Assembly (NCBI GenBank): GCA_022827785.1
Contig: JAJEIM010000042.1
Coordinates: forward strand, 2,924-66,923
DNA length: 64,000 bases
From: Acidimicrobiia bacterium
Lineage (GTDB): Bacteria; Actinomycetota; Acidimicrobiia; Spongiisociales; Spongiisociaceae
Direction of reading: 5' to 3'
Shown: piece after piece, positions 19,154-28,659 of the stretch
Position numbering within the stretch: position 1 is the stretch's first letter
How the letters are laid out: every line of letters begins with the position of its first letter
Made by a program: the position numbers and the translations under genes
Notes under the pieces: model-generated
Databases searched by the model: none
Told to the model about the DNA's origin: nothing
What the model saw: the letters and a program-made list of their open reading frames with translations, nothing else

Positions 19154-20397
19154 CGGACGGCTCCCCGTCTCTCGGACCGCTGCAGTGCCTCCCAGTAGAG
19201 CTCCACCGGATGAGCGACGCGGGCCTCATGGCCGAGTTCGCTCAGGTAGCTGCGCAGCTGGATCTCGCATCCCGGATTGGCGCTGGCTACCAGAGTGGCG
19301 CCGGTCGCTTGCACCTGTTCCGCCTTGGAAGAGCCAAGCCGGCTCGACATGTCAGGCTCCAGCAGGCTGTAGATGCCGGCCGCGCCACAGCATCCACCGT
19401 TCGGGTCGACCTCGACGACGGTCAGGCCTGCCGCGGCCAGGATCTCTCGGGGCTGGTCGGTAATCCGCTGCACATGCCGGAGATGGCAGGGGTCCTGCAC
19501 AGCCACCCGGTCGCCGCTAGCGCTCAATCTGGGGAGCCTCCCGTCGACGATGGCCTCCGCCACCACGTCGTTCGCATCGGCCACCCGGGTGGCGAGCTCC
19601 TCCCCGCCGTCGGCCCAATGGTCGTACTCCTTCATGTGGGCTCCGCACCCGGCCGAGTTGACGACTACCAGGTCCACTCCTCGGAAGGCCGCCATGTTCA
19701 CGGAGGCCATCTTCCGGGTGTCGTCCGCCCAGCCGTCATGCGCGGCGAGTGCTCCACAACAGGTCTGGCCCCGGGGTGAGACCACTTCCCACCCTGCCGC
19801 CGCCAGCAGCTCGACGGTGGCGGTGTGGACATCCCCGAACCAGGCGTCCATTACGCAACCGGCCAGGAGAGCGGCCACCCCCCGTCTCTCCCCCCGTGCG
19901 GCCCGAGTCCTCCCTACGATCGAGGGTGGCCTCCCCTTGAGCGATCGCATCCCTGCCAGGCTGCCCCGGATCCGGCGCGGCGCCAATCTGTCGAGCCGGG
20001 ATGACTGGGCGATCGACGCGGCCACCGCACCTAGACGAACCGCCGTCCGGCTGCGCAGCAGGCGGGCGGTCACCAGCCGCCGTAGCCGGCGGGTGAACCC
20101 CGATGTCTGGGCGGCTATCTCGGCTCTGGCACCCTCCATGGCCCGGCCGAACGGCACGAACGACGGGCACACGACCTCGCAGGCGCGGCATTGCAGGCAT
20201 GCGCCCATGATCTCCTCGAAGCGGCTGTCCACGGGCCTGCCCGCGGCGACCGCCGACATCGCGGTCAGGCGTCCTCTCGGCGAGGCTGTCTCCAGCCCGG
20301 TCAGCCGGAAGGTGGGACAGCTCGGCAGGCACAGCCCGCACTGGATGCACGAGGAGAGCTCGTCTGCTCGCGGCGCGTGACGGGTCACCCAGCTCAT
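19150..20397 (-). CDS. glcF: Glycolate oxidase iron-sulfur subunit (GlcF-like, 4Fe-4S plus CCG domains)
   Basis: CIQCGLCLPSCPTF and CLQCRACEVVCPS ferredoxin motifs plus cysteine-rich CCG repeats. Overlaps upstream glcE. Confidence 0.8.
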   Translation of the reverse strand: MSWVTRHAPRADELSSCIQCGLCLPSCPTFRLTGLETASPRGRLTAMSAVAAGRPVDSRFEEIMGACLQCRACEVVCPSFVPFGRAMEGARAEIAAQTSGFTRRLRRLVTARLLRSRTAVRLGAVAASIAQSSRLDRLAPRRIRGSLAGMRSLKGRPPSIVGRTRAARGERRGVAALLAGCVMDAWFGDVHTATVELLAAAGWEVVSPRGQTCCGALAAHDGWADDTRKMASVNMAAFRGVDLVVVNSAGCGAHMKEYDHWADGGEELATRVADANDVVAEAIVDGRLPRLSASGDRVAVQDPCHLRHVQRITDQPREILAAAGLTVVEVDPNGGCCGAAGIYSLLEPDMSSRLGSSKAEQVQATGATLVASANPGCEIQLRSYLSELGHEARVAHPVELYWEALQRSERRGAVR

Positions 20398-20398
20398 A

Positions 20399-21523
20399 TC
20401 AGATCCGGCCCGGCAGGATGCCCCGGTTGATCCTGCGGCCTGGATCGAACAGGTTGACGACCCGCCGCTGGATCTCGATGGACGGGGGTGGCGTTCCCCA
20501 CGGGTCGAATGCCCCGACCACTGCTGCTGGCGCGTCCAGCATCACCAGAGCGCCTCCGAGCGACTCGGCCCGGCGTCTCAGCTCGTCGAGTTCTCCGAGA
20601 CCGACCTCGTCGGCGGCGACCGTCACCTCACCGACGCCGAACTGGGCCAGGTAGGTCCAGGCCGGGTCCAGCCGGTCAACGATGCCCCGCAAGGACGAGG
20701 GCGGGGTCCGCACCGAGAAGCGAACCGCTCCGGACGGATGGCTCGGCCAGTTCAGCCCGGGGACGGGTTCGGCGCCCAGCGCGGCCGCCTGGCCGGCCAC
20801 CTCCTCGCGGGTGCCTCCGAGAAAAACGGCGGCGCCCTCCCGGGTCTCCAGCGCGGCCAGCGGGCGATAGGCCACCTCGAGCGCCTCTTCGGGGGACTCC
20901 ACGGGCACCGTGGCGGATGCCTGGGGAACCGGCCATAACTTGAGGCAGACCCGGGCGATCAGGCCCATCGCTCCGAGAGAGCCTGTGGCAAGGCGGGGAA
21001 TGTCGTACCCGGTCACGTTCTTCACCACCCTGCCACCGGCGGTGACTATCCGACCGTCGCTGGACACCAGGGTCAACTCCAGTACCCGGTCCCGGATCGG
21101 TCCGTACCGGTGACGCCGCCATCCGGACGTGGCGGTCGCGATCGCCCCGCCCACCGTGCCGGTTCCAGGTTGCTCCGGCAGCAGGGCGGTCTGGCCCTTC
21201 GACGCGAGCATCTGCTCGAGTTCTGCGACCAGTACACCCGCCTCCACCACCACGGTCAGGTCATCCGGCTCCCACGCCACCACGCGATCCAGCCGGGACG
21301 TGGAAATGACCACGTCCGAGGTCACCGGGTATCCGATACCCCGGTGCGAGCCGCCGCCGCGGATGCGGATACGATCGCCTCCGGCAGGCAGGTTGGCCAT
21401 GAGGCCGGCCGCCTCCTCCATGGTCTCGGGTGCGGCGGCCGGTAGGCCCGAGCCTTCCCGGGCTGAGGTGGCGAGGCTCACACCCAAGTCCCCACCGGCG
21501 GCGGACGGCCGAAGTCGAAGCAT
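20399..21523 (-). CDS. glcE: Glycolate oxidase FAD-binding subunit GlcE-like
   Basis: FAD_binding_4-type region (IRIRGGGSH...). Operon position between glcD and glcF. True start may be the internal M (around 21421). Confidence 0.75.
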   Translation of the reverse strand: MLRLRPSAAGGDLGVSLATSAREGSGLPAAAPETMEEAAGLMANLPAGGDRIRIRGGGSHRGIGYPVTSDVVISTSRLDRVVAWEPDDLTVVVEAGVLVAELEQMLASKGQTALLPEQPGTGTVGGAIATATSGWRRHRYGPIRDRVLELTLVSSDGRIVTAGGRVVKNVTGYDIPRLATGSLGAMGLIARVCLKLWPVPQASATVPVESPEEALEVAYRPLAALETREGAAVFLGGTREEVAGQAAALGAEPVPGLNWPSHPSGAVRFSVRTPPSSLRGIVDRLDPAWTYLAQFGVGEVTVAADEVGLGELDELRRRAESLGGALVMLDAPAAVVGAFDPWGTPPPSIEIQRRVVNLFDPGRRINRGILPGRI

Positions 21524-22953
21524 CGTGAGCCTTGCGGAACGATCTTGCCGGGGTTCAGCCTTCCCCCGGGGTCGAGAGCCTCGCGGATGCGGGCCTGGGC
21601 ATCGAGGTCCATCTCGTCGAAGACCAGATGCATGTAATCCCGCTTCTCCATGCCGATACCGTGCTCACCGGAAAGCGAACCGCCGATGGCGACGCACATC
21701 TCGATGAGGTCCTTCCCGGCCGCATCCACCCGCTCCATCACCCCTGGAAGGGAACCATCGAACGACATGAGCGGATGCAGGTTGCCGTCGCCTGCGTGGA
21801 AAACGTTGAGCATCGGGATGTCGTGACGCTTGGAGATGGAGTAGGTCTGCTCGATGGCTTCCACCAGCCGGGTCCGGGGTACCACAGTGTCGTGCAGGTA
21901 GTAGTCCGGGTTCATCTGGGCGATGGCACCGAAGGCCGACTTGCGGCCCAACCAGATCCGCTTCCGTTCAGCCTCGTCAGAGGCGATGCGGATGAGGGTC
22001 GCCTGATGGGAGGTGGCAAGGCGGCGCACCAGCTCAGCCTCGGCGTCCACCGCCGACGGATGCCCTGTCACCTCGGCGATCAGCACTGCCGCCGCCTCGG
22101 TGGGGAAGCCGGCGTTGGCGAAGCGTTCCACCGCGACCGTCATCGGCTGGTCCATCATCTCGAGGGCGGCCGGGATCAGCCCGTTGGCGATAATCCCCGA
22201 CACGGTGGCAGCCGCATGCTGTACCTCGGAAAAGGCCAGGAGGATGGTGCGGGACGCGGGCGGGTTGGGGAGCAGATTCACCAGGACGTCGGTGACGATG
22301 CCCAGCGTTCCCTCGGAGCCGACCATCAACCCGCGTATGTCGAGTCCGATCGGATCCGGCGCCGGCCCGCCCACCGTCACGATGTCGCCATCCGGTGTCA
22401 CCATCTCCATCGCCAGCACATGGTTGACGGTGGTGCCTTCGGCCAGGCAGTGGGGCCCCCCCGAGTTGTTGGCTACGTTGCCTCCGATCGTGCATACCGA
22501 CTGGGAGGAGGGATCGGGCGCGTAGTGGAGCCCGAACGGGGTGGTATGGATGCTGAGGTCCAGGTTGATGACCCCGGGCTGTACCCAGACGCACAGGTTC
22601 TCGACATCGACGCCGCCTATCCGGTTCATGCGGGTGGTGACCAGGAGCACGTGGGGTCCGGTGGTGACCGCCCCACCTGCCAGGCCGGTTCCCGACCCGC
22701 GCGGCACCACCGGCACGCCGTGGCGACCGGCGAGGCGCATGATCGTGGCTACGTCGGCCGTGTCACGGGGGAAGACCACCAAGCCCGGCTCGCCGCGTAC
22801 CAGTCCGGCATCCTTGCCGAACACGTACAGGTCGAGCGGGTCGGAGGCCACCTGCTCGTCACCGAGCCGGTCGCGGAACTCGAGTTCGAGGGACGGGATC
22901 ACATTTTGATGGTAGTGGTTACGAGGTTGCGAAAATGGGGACGGGATTAACAT
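21478..22953 (-). CDS. glcD: FAD-linked oxidase GlcD (glycolate oxidase subunit)
   Basis: PVVPRGSGTGLAGGAV FAD-binding motif, about 490 aa. Start chosen at the internal ATG (cat at 22951-22953) to avoid overlap with the divergent nfu-like gene. The ORF-track start is 23007. Confidence 0.8.
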   Translation of the reverse strand: MLIPSPFSQPRNHYHQNVIPSLELEFRDRLGDEQVASDPLDLYVFGKDAGLVRGEPGLVVFPRDTADVATIMRLAGRHGVPVVPRGSGTGLAGGAVTTGPHVLLVTTRMNRIGGVDVENLCVWVQPGVINLDLSIHTTPFGLHYAPDPSSQSVCTIGGNVANNSGGPHCLAEGTTVNHVLAMEMVTPDGDIVTVGGPAPDPIGLDIRGLMVGSEGTLGIVTDVLVNLLPNPPASRTILLAFSEVQHAAATVSGIIANGLIPAALEMMDQPMTVAVERFANAGFPTEAAAVLIAEVTGHPSAVDAEAELVRRLATSHQATLIRIASDEAERKRIWLGRKSAFGAIAQMNPDYYLHDTVVPRTRLVEAIEQTYSISKRHDIPMLNVFHAGDGNLHPLMSFDGSLPGVMERVDAAGKDLIEMCVAIGGSLSGEHGIGMEKRDYMHLVFDEMDLDAQARIREALDPGGRLNPGKIVPQGSRCFDFGRPPPVGTWV

Positions 22954-22972
22954 CTCCGCCAAAGGAGGGCCG

Positions 22973-23233
22973 GTGCCGATCGTTCCCCAACACACCCCCA
23001 ATCCCAACGCGATGAAGTTCGGCGTCGGGGTGGAGGTGGGTGGTCCTCGTAGCTACGTTCCGGCCAACTCCGGTGACGATCCCGTGGCCCGCGAGCTGTT
23101 CGGGATCGAAGGGGTCATGAGCGTCTTCATGACCGCCGACTTCGTCACTGTCACCAAGAATCCCGACGCCGACTGGCCCGGCATCGCCCCCGCGGTCGCG
23201 GCGATCCTCGAGAGGCACTTTCCTAACGCATAG
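22973..23233 (+). CDS. Nfu/NifU N-terminal-domain protein (Fe-S scaffold accessory)
   Basis: HTPNPNAMKF...FVTVTK..DADW matches the Nfu_N domain pattern. GTG start preceded by AAAGGAGGG. Confidence 0.7.
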   Translation: MPIVPQHTPNPNAMKFGVGVEVGGPRSYVPANSGDDPVARELFGIEGVMSVFMTADFVTVTKNPDADWPGIAPAVAAILERHFPNA

Positions 23234-23313
23234 CCTGCTGGGCCACCGCTACCGGGTCGAGACGAAATTCCCATGCCATGAGTCCTGGCACGATGAAGCC
23301 CACTCCGGACCGC

Positions 23314-24084
23314 TTACCCCTGTTCGTTCGGCGTTAGGCCGGCGTGCTCCCGGTACATGGCTATGCCGAGGATGAGTGCCCACAGGCTGAGTGGCATGCT
23401 CGCGTAGTCGGCCAGCGTGTAGAAGGTGCCGGCCACGTCGTGGAAGTGGTCACCGATGAGCAGCGAGATCAGCGCGGCCGCCGAGACCACGAGCAGCAGG
23501 ATGGCGAGCAGACGGTGGAGCCCCGAGCGGAAGTGAAGGGTCAGGCCCGCCGCGATGCAGGTGAACCCCAGCAGGTATCCGTAGCCGGAAATGATGGCGA
23601 TGCCTGCCTTCACCGCCTGAATGGTCACTGCGACGGTAAGCAGTGTCCTCGGGTTAGTGGCGTCCCCTCCATGATTGACGGTGTGGGCGATGATGTGGTT
23701 GAGCCCGTAGCCGAACGCGAGCCCGATGCACCCGAAGGCGAGAAGGAAGACGCCGAGAGTGACCACCATGTGCTTCACGGTCCCCCTGCCCAGGGTGCGC
23801 CGCAATCCGAGGAGGCCGAATACCAGCAGGAACAACCCCAGGGATCCGAGAAGCGACGAGGTGTGGGTGAAGACAGCGTTATCGGCCAGCACCTGCACAC
23901 GATCGAGCAGCCGTGACGCTCGCTCCAAGGGCTCGACGACGAGACCGCCCGGTCGAATGAACGGAATGATTATCCCCAGCAGGCCGCCCAAGGCCAGTGC
24001 CATGCCCGTAAGTCTGGTTGCCGTCTTTGCTCCCATTGCAGAGACCTCCTGTTCAAGGTCGGCGTCGTACACATCGTGCCGCAC
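23314..24084 (-). CDS. Hypothetical polytopic membrane protein
   Basis: 256 aa, 6-7 predicted TM helices. No family recognised. Confidence 0.5.
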   Translation of the reverse strand: MRHDVYDADLEQEVSAMGAKTATRLTGMALALGGLLGIIIPFIRPGGLVVEPLERASRLLDRVQVLADNAVFTHTSSLLGSLGLFLLVFGLLGLRRTLGRGTVKHMVVTLGVFLLAFGCIGLAFGYGLNHIIAHTVNHGGDATNPRTLLTVAVTIQAVKAGIAIISGYGYLLGFTCIAAGLTLHFRSGLHRLLAILLLVVSAAALISLLIGDHFHDVAGTFYTLADYASMPLSLWALILGIAMYREHAGLTPNEQG

Positions 24085-24377
24085 TATCCGCCGTGAACTC
24101 CTCGTGCATCCGATTGGGAATGGAAGCCGTCAGCGAGGCCGGGCCGCCATCTGCGGCAAGGTGGTCTCCCCCGGTTCGGTAGCAACCGCCCTCCGACCCG
24201 GCCCACTTGCCAGCGTACCAGCGCTTGCTTCTCGCTGGCTTTGGAGACATCCCGATTGTGGAAGGATCGTCCGGGACCGTCGGCACCGATCGCTACCTCG
24301 GCCGGGTGTGGGTGCGTCGTTATCGGAGGGAGGGGGTTGGCGATGAGCCCGTATGGCGTCATCGGGATGCCCGGCGA

Positions 24378-25169
24378 TCAACGGGTCATCGGCCACCCGA
24401 TGCCGGCCGAGTCTTCCACCCAGGCCAGTTCGGTCTCCGGCATCAGGACCAGATCCGTCTCGGTCGGTGGGGAGAACTCGGGCAGCGAGATGGCACGGAT
24501 CCTTCCATCCGCCTGCACCCGGAGGTCGACCTCCACCCGCTCCACCGGAAGCCGCTGGAACCCGACTCCGTCCGGCGCCACCAAACGGCGGATCAGGACG
24601 AGGGCTCGGTAGGTGTCCGATCCGGTCCGGGTGACCGATCGGGTCCGGGTCCATTCCACGTAGGACACGGTCCCGGCGCTTGATAGCTCAGGTGCCACCC
24701 CGTCGGGCAGTCGCAGGCCCGAAGCGGCCTGCACCCGCTCGGTCCATACGTCGGATGGGTCGATGGTGAAGAACTCCAACACCAGCCATTCGGCCGTTCC
24801 GGCCACCGTGCGCTCCGTCCCTTCCCGGTCGACCGCCATGAGGTCAGCCTCCGAGATCCGGGCGGTGACCTCCGGCTCGGCAAGGGCCACGGTGGCCGGT
24901 GCCGGTCCGCCCCCGCCAGCCACCGGCAGGAGGGTGGTGGTTGTCGCCAGCGGCTCGGAGGCGACGGCAATCGGGGTGACCGGCACCAGATCCGACGCCG
25001 TAGGCCGGTTGAGATGCCGGAAGACGACCACGCCCAGCACCACCACGATCAGGCCGGCTGCGACGCCGTAGATCAGGAGCTTGCGGTCGGGCTGGGGAGG
25101 GATGGTGAGCTGTTCCCACGGGAGGTGCTCGCTCACCTGGTCGTCGGTTGGGGGTGGAAGGTTTGGCAC
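24378..25169 (-). CDS. Hypothetical membrane-anchored protein (single N-terminal TM, Pro/Thr-rich linker)
   Basis: TM segment LLIYGVAAGLIVVVLGVVVF, then a soluble domain. No homology recognised. Confidence 0.45.
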   Translation of the reverse strand: MPNLPPPTDDQVSEHLPWEQLTIPPQPDRKLLIYGVAAGLIVVVLGVVVFRHLNRPTASDLVPVTPIAVASEPLATTTTLLPVAGGGGPAPATVALAEPEVTARISEADLMAVDREGTERTVAGTAEWLVLEFFTIDPSDVWTERVQAASGLRLPDGVAPELSSAGTVSYVEWTRTRSVTRTGSDTYRALVLIRRLVAPDGVGFQRLPVERVEVDLRVQADGRIRAISLPEFSPPTETDLVLMPETELAWVEDSAGIGWPMTR

Positions 25170-25319
25170 GGGTGGACCCTTTCACTCCTCCCGGTGCCGA
25201 CGAACATCGCGCCTACCGGCAACATACCCGGAACATCCGGGCATTTCCAGCACGTCCTGATACTCCGTCGGGCAGGGATAACCGGGAAACCGGTCGCATG
25301 CGGACTAACGTTGTTCGCT

Positions 25320-25982
25320 ATGGTGTCCAACCCTGACCCCAGGCCCGGCCGGTGGGTGTTGCCCTTGGTGGTGCTGGGAATGATCCTGTTCACCTGGGTC
25401 TGGGTGAACCGTCTGGAGCCGCCTGCCGTCGAGGGTACGGCGGGTCCATCCGCTACTACGCGGTCCACGACCGAGACTACGCCGGCCGTTGACGAAACCA
25501 CCGCCGGCGGTGACGGAACCGAGACGCCCGACGAGACCACCCCCACGACCCTCCTGCCACCCGAGATCGAGGTGTACCTCACCAACCTGGCGGAGGACAA
25601 GGCTGCGCTGGCCGCGCTGGTCGAGGAACTGAACGCTGTCAACGACGCCTGGGAGAACCGGGATCAGACTGGCGTTACCTTCTCCGAGACCGAGGCCGCC
25701 ATGGTTGCCGCCTCCGAGCGGGCCGTAGTCTTCAGCGAGGCGGTGGAACTCCACCGGCCACCGGAGGACGTGGCGGGGTTGACCGACGCTCACCAGCGGG
25801 TCTACGAGTCGGCGGCCGCGGTAGCCGAAGCAGCCGCCAACACCCTCGCCGGACTGAGGGCGCCCGACACGGGAGAACTCCGTCGAGCAGCCGTGGTCGA
25901 GTTCCGGGCTGCGGCGGCCAGCTTCGAGCAACAGGTCGACCAGATCAGCGAGATCGTCATGCAAGGCTTCGGCGCCGCCTGA
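25320..25982 (+). CDS. Hypothetical secreted/anchored protein with a Thr-rich linker
   Basis: Internal ATG chosen at 25320. The 25014 ORF start would overlap the convergent upstream gene. TM WVLPLVVLGMILFTWVWV, then a TTRSTTETTPAVDETT low-complexity region, then a helical domain. Confidence 0.45.
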   Translation: MVSNPDPRPGRWVLPLVVLGMILFTWVWVNRLEPPAVEGTAGPSATTRSTTETTPAVDETTAGGDGTETPDETTPTTLLPPEIEVYLTNLAEDKAALAALVEELNAVNDAWENRDQTGVTFSETEAAMVAASERAVVFSEAVELHRPPEDVAGLTDAHQRVYESAAAVAEAAANTLAGLRAPDTGELRRAAVVEFRAAAASFEQQVDQISEIVMQGFGAA

Positions 25983-26150
25983 GCCTCGGGTCTTCCTTTC
26001 CCCGACACACGGCTGGGGCGGATCTATAGGCGGCCGCCTCCTCACCCTTCGTCTATAGGACTCCCGGCAACGACCCTCTTTGGATCTTTCATCAGATAGG
26101 TCGGCTCCCGCGAGTAGCCCGTCGCGAACTTTGGTCGAGGGCGCTACCGA

Positions 26151-26194
26151 AACGACAAAAGGCCCGACGCGCGCATCATGGCACGCATCGGGCC
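26151..26194 (-). terminator. Rho-independent terminator downstream of glnII
   Basis: GGCCCGA...TCGGGCC stem, then (minus strand) UUUUGUCGUUU, immediately 3' of the glnII stop. Confidence 0.55.
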
Positions 26195-26207
26195 TGAGGG
26201 TCGGTTG

Positions 26208-27236
26208 TTAGGAGGAGGCCGCTCCGCAGATGGTCTCCATGATCAGGCGGGTGACCACGTAGGGATCGCAGTTCGAGTTGGGACGGCGATCCTCGATGTA
26301 GCCCTTCTGGTTCTTGTGGGTGGTCCAGGGGATCCTCACCGATGCGCCCCGGTCCGACACCGCGTAGCTGAACTGGTCGTAGCGCTGGGTCTCGTGGGCC
26401 CCGGTCAGCCGCATTTCGATGTCCGCGCCGTAGTTCTTGATGTGCTCCTCCGCGTTGGCGCCTAGAGCCTCGCAGGCGGCGATCACAGCGTCGTAGCTCT
26501 CCATCATCTGGCGGGTCGAGACGTTGGTATGGCATCCGGCGCCGTTCCAGTCACCCTGTACCGGCTTCGGATGCAAGGTCACCTGGAGGCCGTAGTCCTC
26601 GGCGATCCGCTCGATCAGCCAGCGGGCGATCAGGATCTGGTCGGACACCTCGACCGGCGGCAGCGGCCCGATCTGGTATTCCCACTGCCCGGGCATCACC
26701 TCGGCGTTGGTGCCCTCGATCGACAGGCCGGCGTCGATGCAGGCCTGGCTGTGGGCATCCACGACAACCCTGCCGAAGGCGCGATTGGCGCCCACCGAGC
26801 AGTAGTACGGGCCCTGCGGGGCCGGATACCCACCGAGCGGGAATCCCGGCGGGGGTCCGTAGTACTGGCTGGCCGTCGGATCCATCATTGTGATGAAGGT
26901 GTACTCCTGCTCCAATCCGAAGATCGGGTTGAAGTCGGCATACTTGGCCTCCGCTTCCACGCAGGCCGCCCGGGTGTTGGTGGGATGGGGTTCGAAGTCG
27001 GGCGTCAGGCACTCGGACAGCACGAGTATGTCGTTGCCGCCCCTGATCGGGTCGGGTACGGTCTTCACCGGCCGGAGCACCACATCGGAGTCACCTCCGG
27101 GCGCCTGGTTGGTGCTCGAACCGTCGAAGCCCCAGATACCCGGTTCTTCACCGTCCTTGAGCACGTTGGTCTTCGACCGCAGGAGCGGGGTCGGCTCGGT
27201 CCCGTCCGACCAGATGTACATAGCTCTGTATGCCAT
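26208..27236 (-). CDS. glnII: Glutamine synthetase, type II (eukaryote-like GSII)
   Basis: 342 aa. MAYRAMYIWSDGTEP...GFDGSST...NPIFGLEQEYTF is diagnostic of GSII rather than the about 470-aa GSI. Confidence 0.88.
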   Translation of the reverse strand: MAYRAMYIWSDGTEPTPLLRSKTNVLKDGEEPGIWGFDGSSTNQAPGGDSDVVLRPVKTVPDPIRGGNDILVLSECLTPDFEPHPTNTRAACVEAEAKYADFNPIFGLEQEYTFITMMDPTASQYYGPPPGFPLGGYPAPQGPYYCSVGANRAFGRVVVDAHSQACIDAGLSIEGTNAEVMPGQWEYQIGPLPPVEVSDQILIARWLIERIAEDYGLQVTLHPKPVQGDWNGAGCHTNVSTRQMMESYDAVIAACEALGANAEEHIKNYGADIEMRLTGAHETQRYDQFSYAVSDRGASVRIPWTTHKNQKGYIEDRRPNSNCDPYVVTRLIMETICGAASS

Positions 27237-27478
27237 ACAAGCATCCTCTCATCAAGGGAATCCCCCATGCCGCGGTGAGTAGACCGCTTGGCGAGTGGTC
27301 GCCTCTACCCCTTTGCGATCATCGCACCCAGGCATCTATCAGGGCGTGGCGTGGCAAGGCTAGTCCGCTCGATCATGAATCGGAAACGCTACCCGTGCGC
27401 GCCACTCCGGTTTTCCCGATCAAGTAGGGGGCGCTGCTCCATGAGGGTGGAGGGGTGGCGTCCCTGTTCCGGCCCGGT

Positions 27479-28159
27479 TCATCCGTCCGGTTTCGAGGGT
27501 TTGGCGGCCACCAGCAATATGTCATGGGCCGCCCGCACCAGGCCGTCCTCGCCCTCCACATCACGGAATACCTTCTCGTTCTTCAGTATCTCCAGGTCAC
27601 CGAAGTCAGTGGCGAGGGCTTGCTCGTCAAACAGGACCTCCGGAAACTGGGGGCCTCCAACCCCGTCCGCGATGTTGTCGGAATGATGGGCGATCAGCCA
27701 GACCGTTCCCCCGGGGGCGACGGCGTTCGTGGCCTTGGCATGAGCCACCCGGCGGTCATGCGGCGGGAGTTGAAGGTAGGACAGGACCACCAGGTCGAAG
27801 GCACCCTGCGGCGGCGTCCAGCCCCCTACCACGTCCGCCACCTCGAAGATCACCTCCACCGCGTGGTCGGCCGCCAGCCGGCAGGCCTGTTCGATGGCGA
27901 CCGGGGACAGGTCGATCCCGGTGACCCGGTGGCCTCGGGTGGCCAGCCACACCGCGTTGCGCCCCTGGCCGCACCCGAGGTCGAGGATCCGGCGAGGGGT
28001 GAGCCCGGTCGCATACTCCGCCAGGAACCGGTTGGGGTCGGTTCCCCAAACCATGCCTCGGGTCGCGTAGCGCTCGTTCCACGCCTCCAGGGTGCCGCTC
28101 TCGTGATAGGAGCCGGTTGGAGTATGGCCCGAGGCTTCGGTGTGGCCGGCCGGCTGCAT
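27479..28159 (-). CDS. Class I SAM-dependent methyltransferase (TehB/TPMT-like)
   Basis: Motif I ILDLGCGQGRNAVWLA and post-I VTGIDLS. 226 aa. Confidence 0.75.
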   Translation of the reverse strand: MQPAGHTEASGHTPTGSYHESGTLEAWNERYATRGMVWGTDPNRFLAEYATGLTPRRILDLGCGQGRNAVWLATRGHRVTGIDLSPVAIEQACRLAADHAVEVIFEVADVVGGWTPPQGAFDLVVLSYLQLPPHDRRVAHAKATNAVAPGGTVWLIAHHSDNIADGVGGPQFPEVLFDEQALATDFGDLEILKNEKVFRDVEGEDGLVRAAHDILLVAAKPSKPDG

Positions 28160-28171
28160 GGAACCGGGGGG

Positions 28172-28564
28172 TTACCCGTCGCTTCGGGCGGCCACGATCT
28201 CGATCTCGACCCGGAACCCGCCCGGCAGGGCGGCCACTTCCACCGCTGACCGGGCCGGGGGGCCGGCCTCGAAGTACCCGGCGTACACCTCGTTGATAGC
28301 TGCGTAGTCCCCGATGTCAACCATGAAGATGGTGGTCTTGACGATGTCGGAGTAGCCGAGCCCGATGTCGTCCAGCATGGCGCCGATGTTGTCCATGACC
28401 TGGCGGGTCTGCGCAGACACGTCACCATCCTCTCGTCCACCCTCCGGGACGAGTGCCACCTGACCCGATAGGAACACCAGACCCGCCACCTCGACCGCCA
28501 CCGAATACGGACCGATGGCGGGTGGTGCGCTGGGGGTTTCGAGAATCCTGCCTGCCATCGTCAT
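28172..28564 (-). CDS. ridA: RidA/YjgF family reactive-intermediate deaminase
   Basis: AIGPYSVAV...KTTIFMVDIGDYAAINEVYAGYF. Internal start chosen (about 130 aa). The ORF-track start 28687 gives an atypical 40-aa extension. Confidence 0.8.
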   Translation of the reverse strand: MTMAGRILETPSAPPAIGPYSVAVEVAGLVFLSGQVALVPEGGREDGDVSAQTRQVMDNIGAMLDDIGLGYSDIVKTTIFMVDIGDYAAINEVYAGYFEAGPPARSAVEVAALPGGFRVEIEIVAARSDG

Positions 28565-28659
28565 GCCTCCGTAACCTGGGGGACTAGAGGCTACCGCGCG
28601 GTTTGGTGATCTCGGGCGCTTGAGTGGGACGACCGGCGATGACGAGAGAGCAAACGGCC

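Noticed and set aside
27237-27478. Possible GlnR box upstream of glnII
   Set aside because: Only a lone GAAAC half-site was found. A bipartite gTnAc-n6-GaAAc site could not be confirmed by eye.
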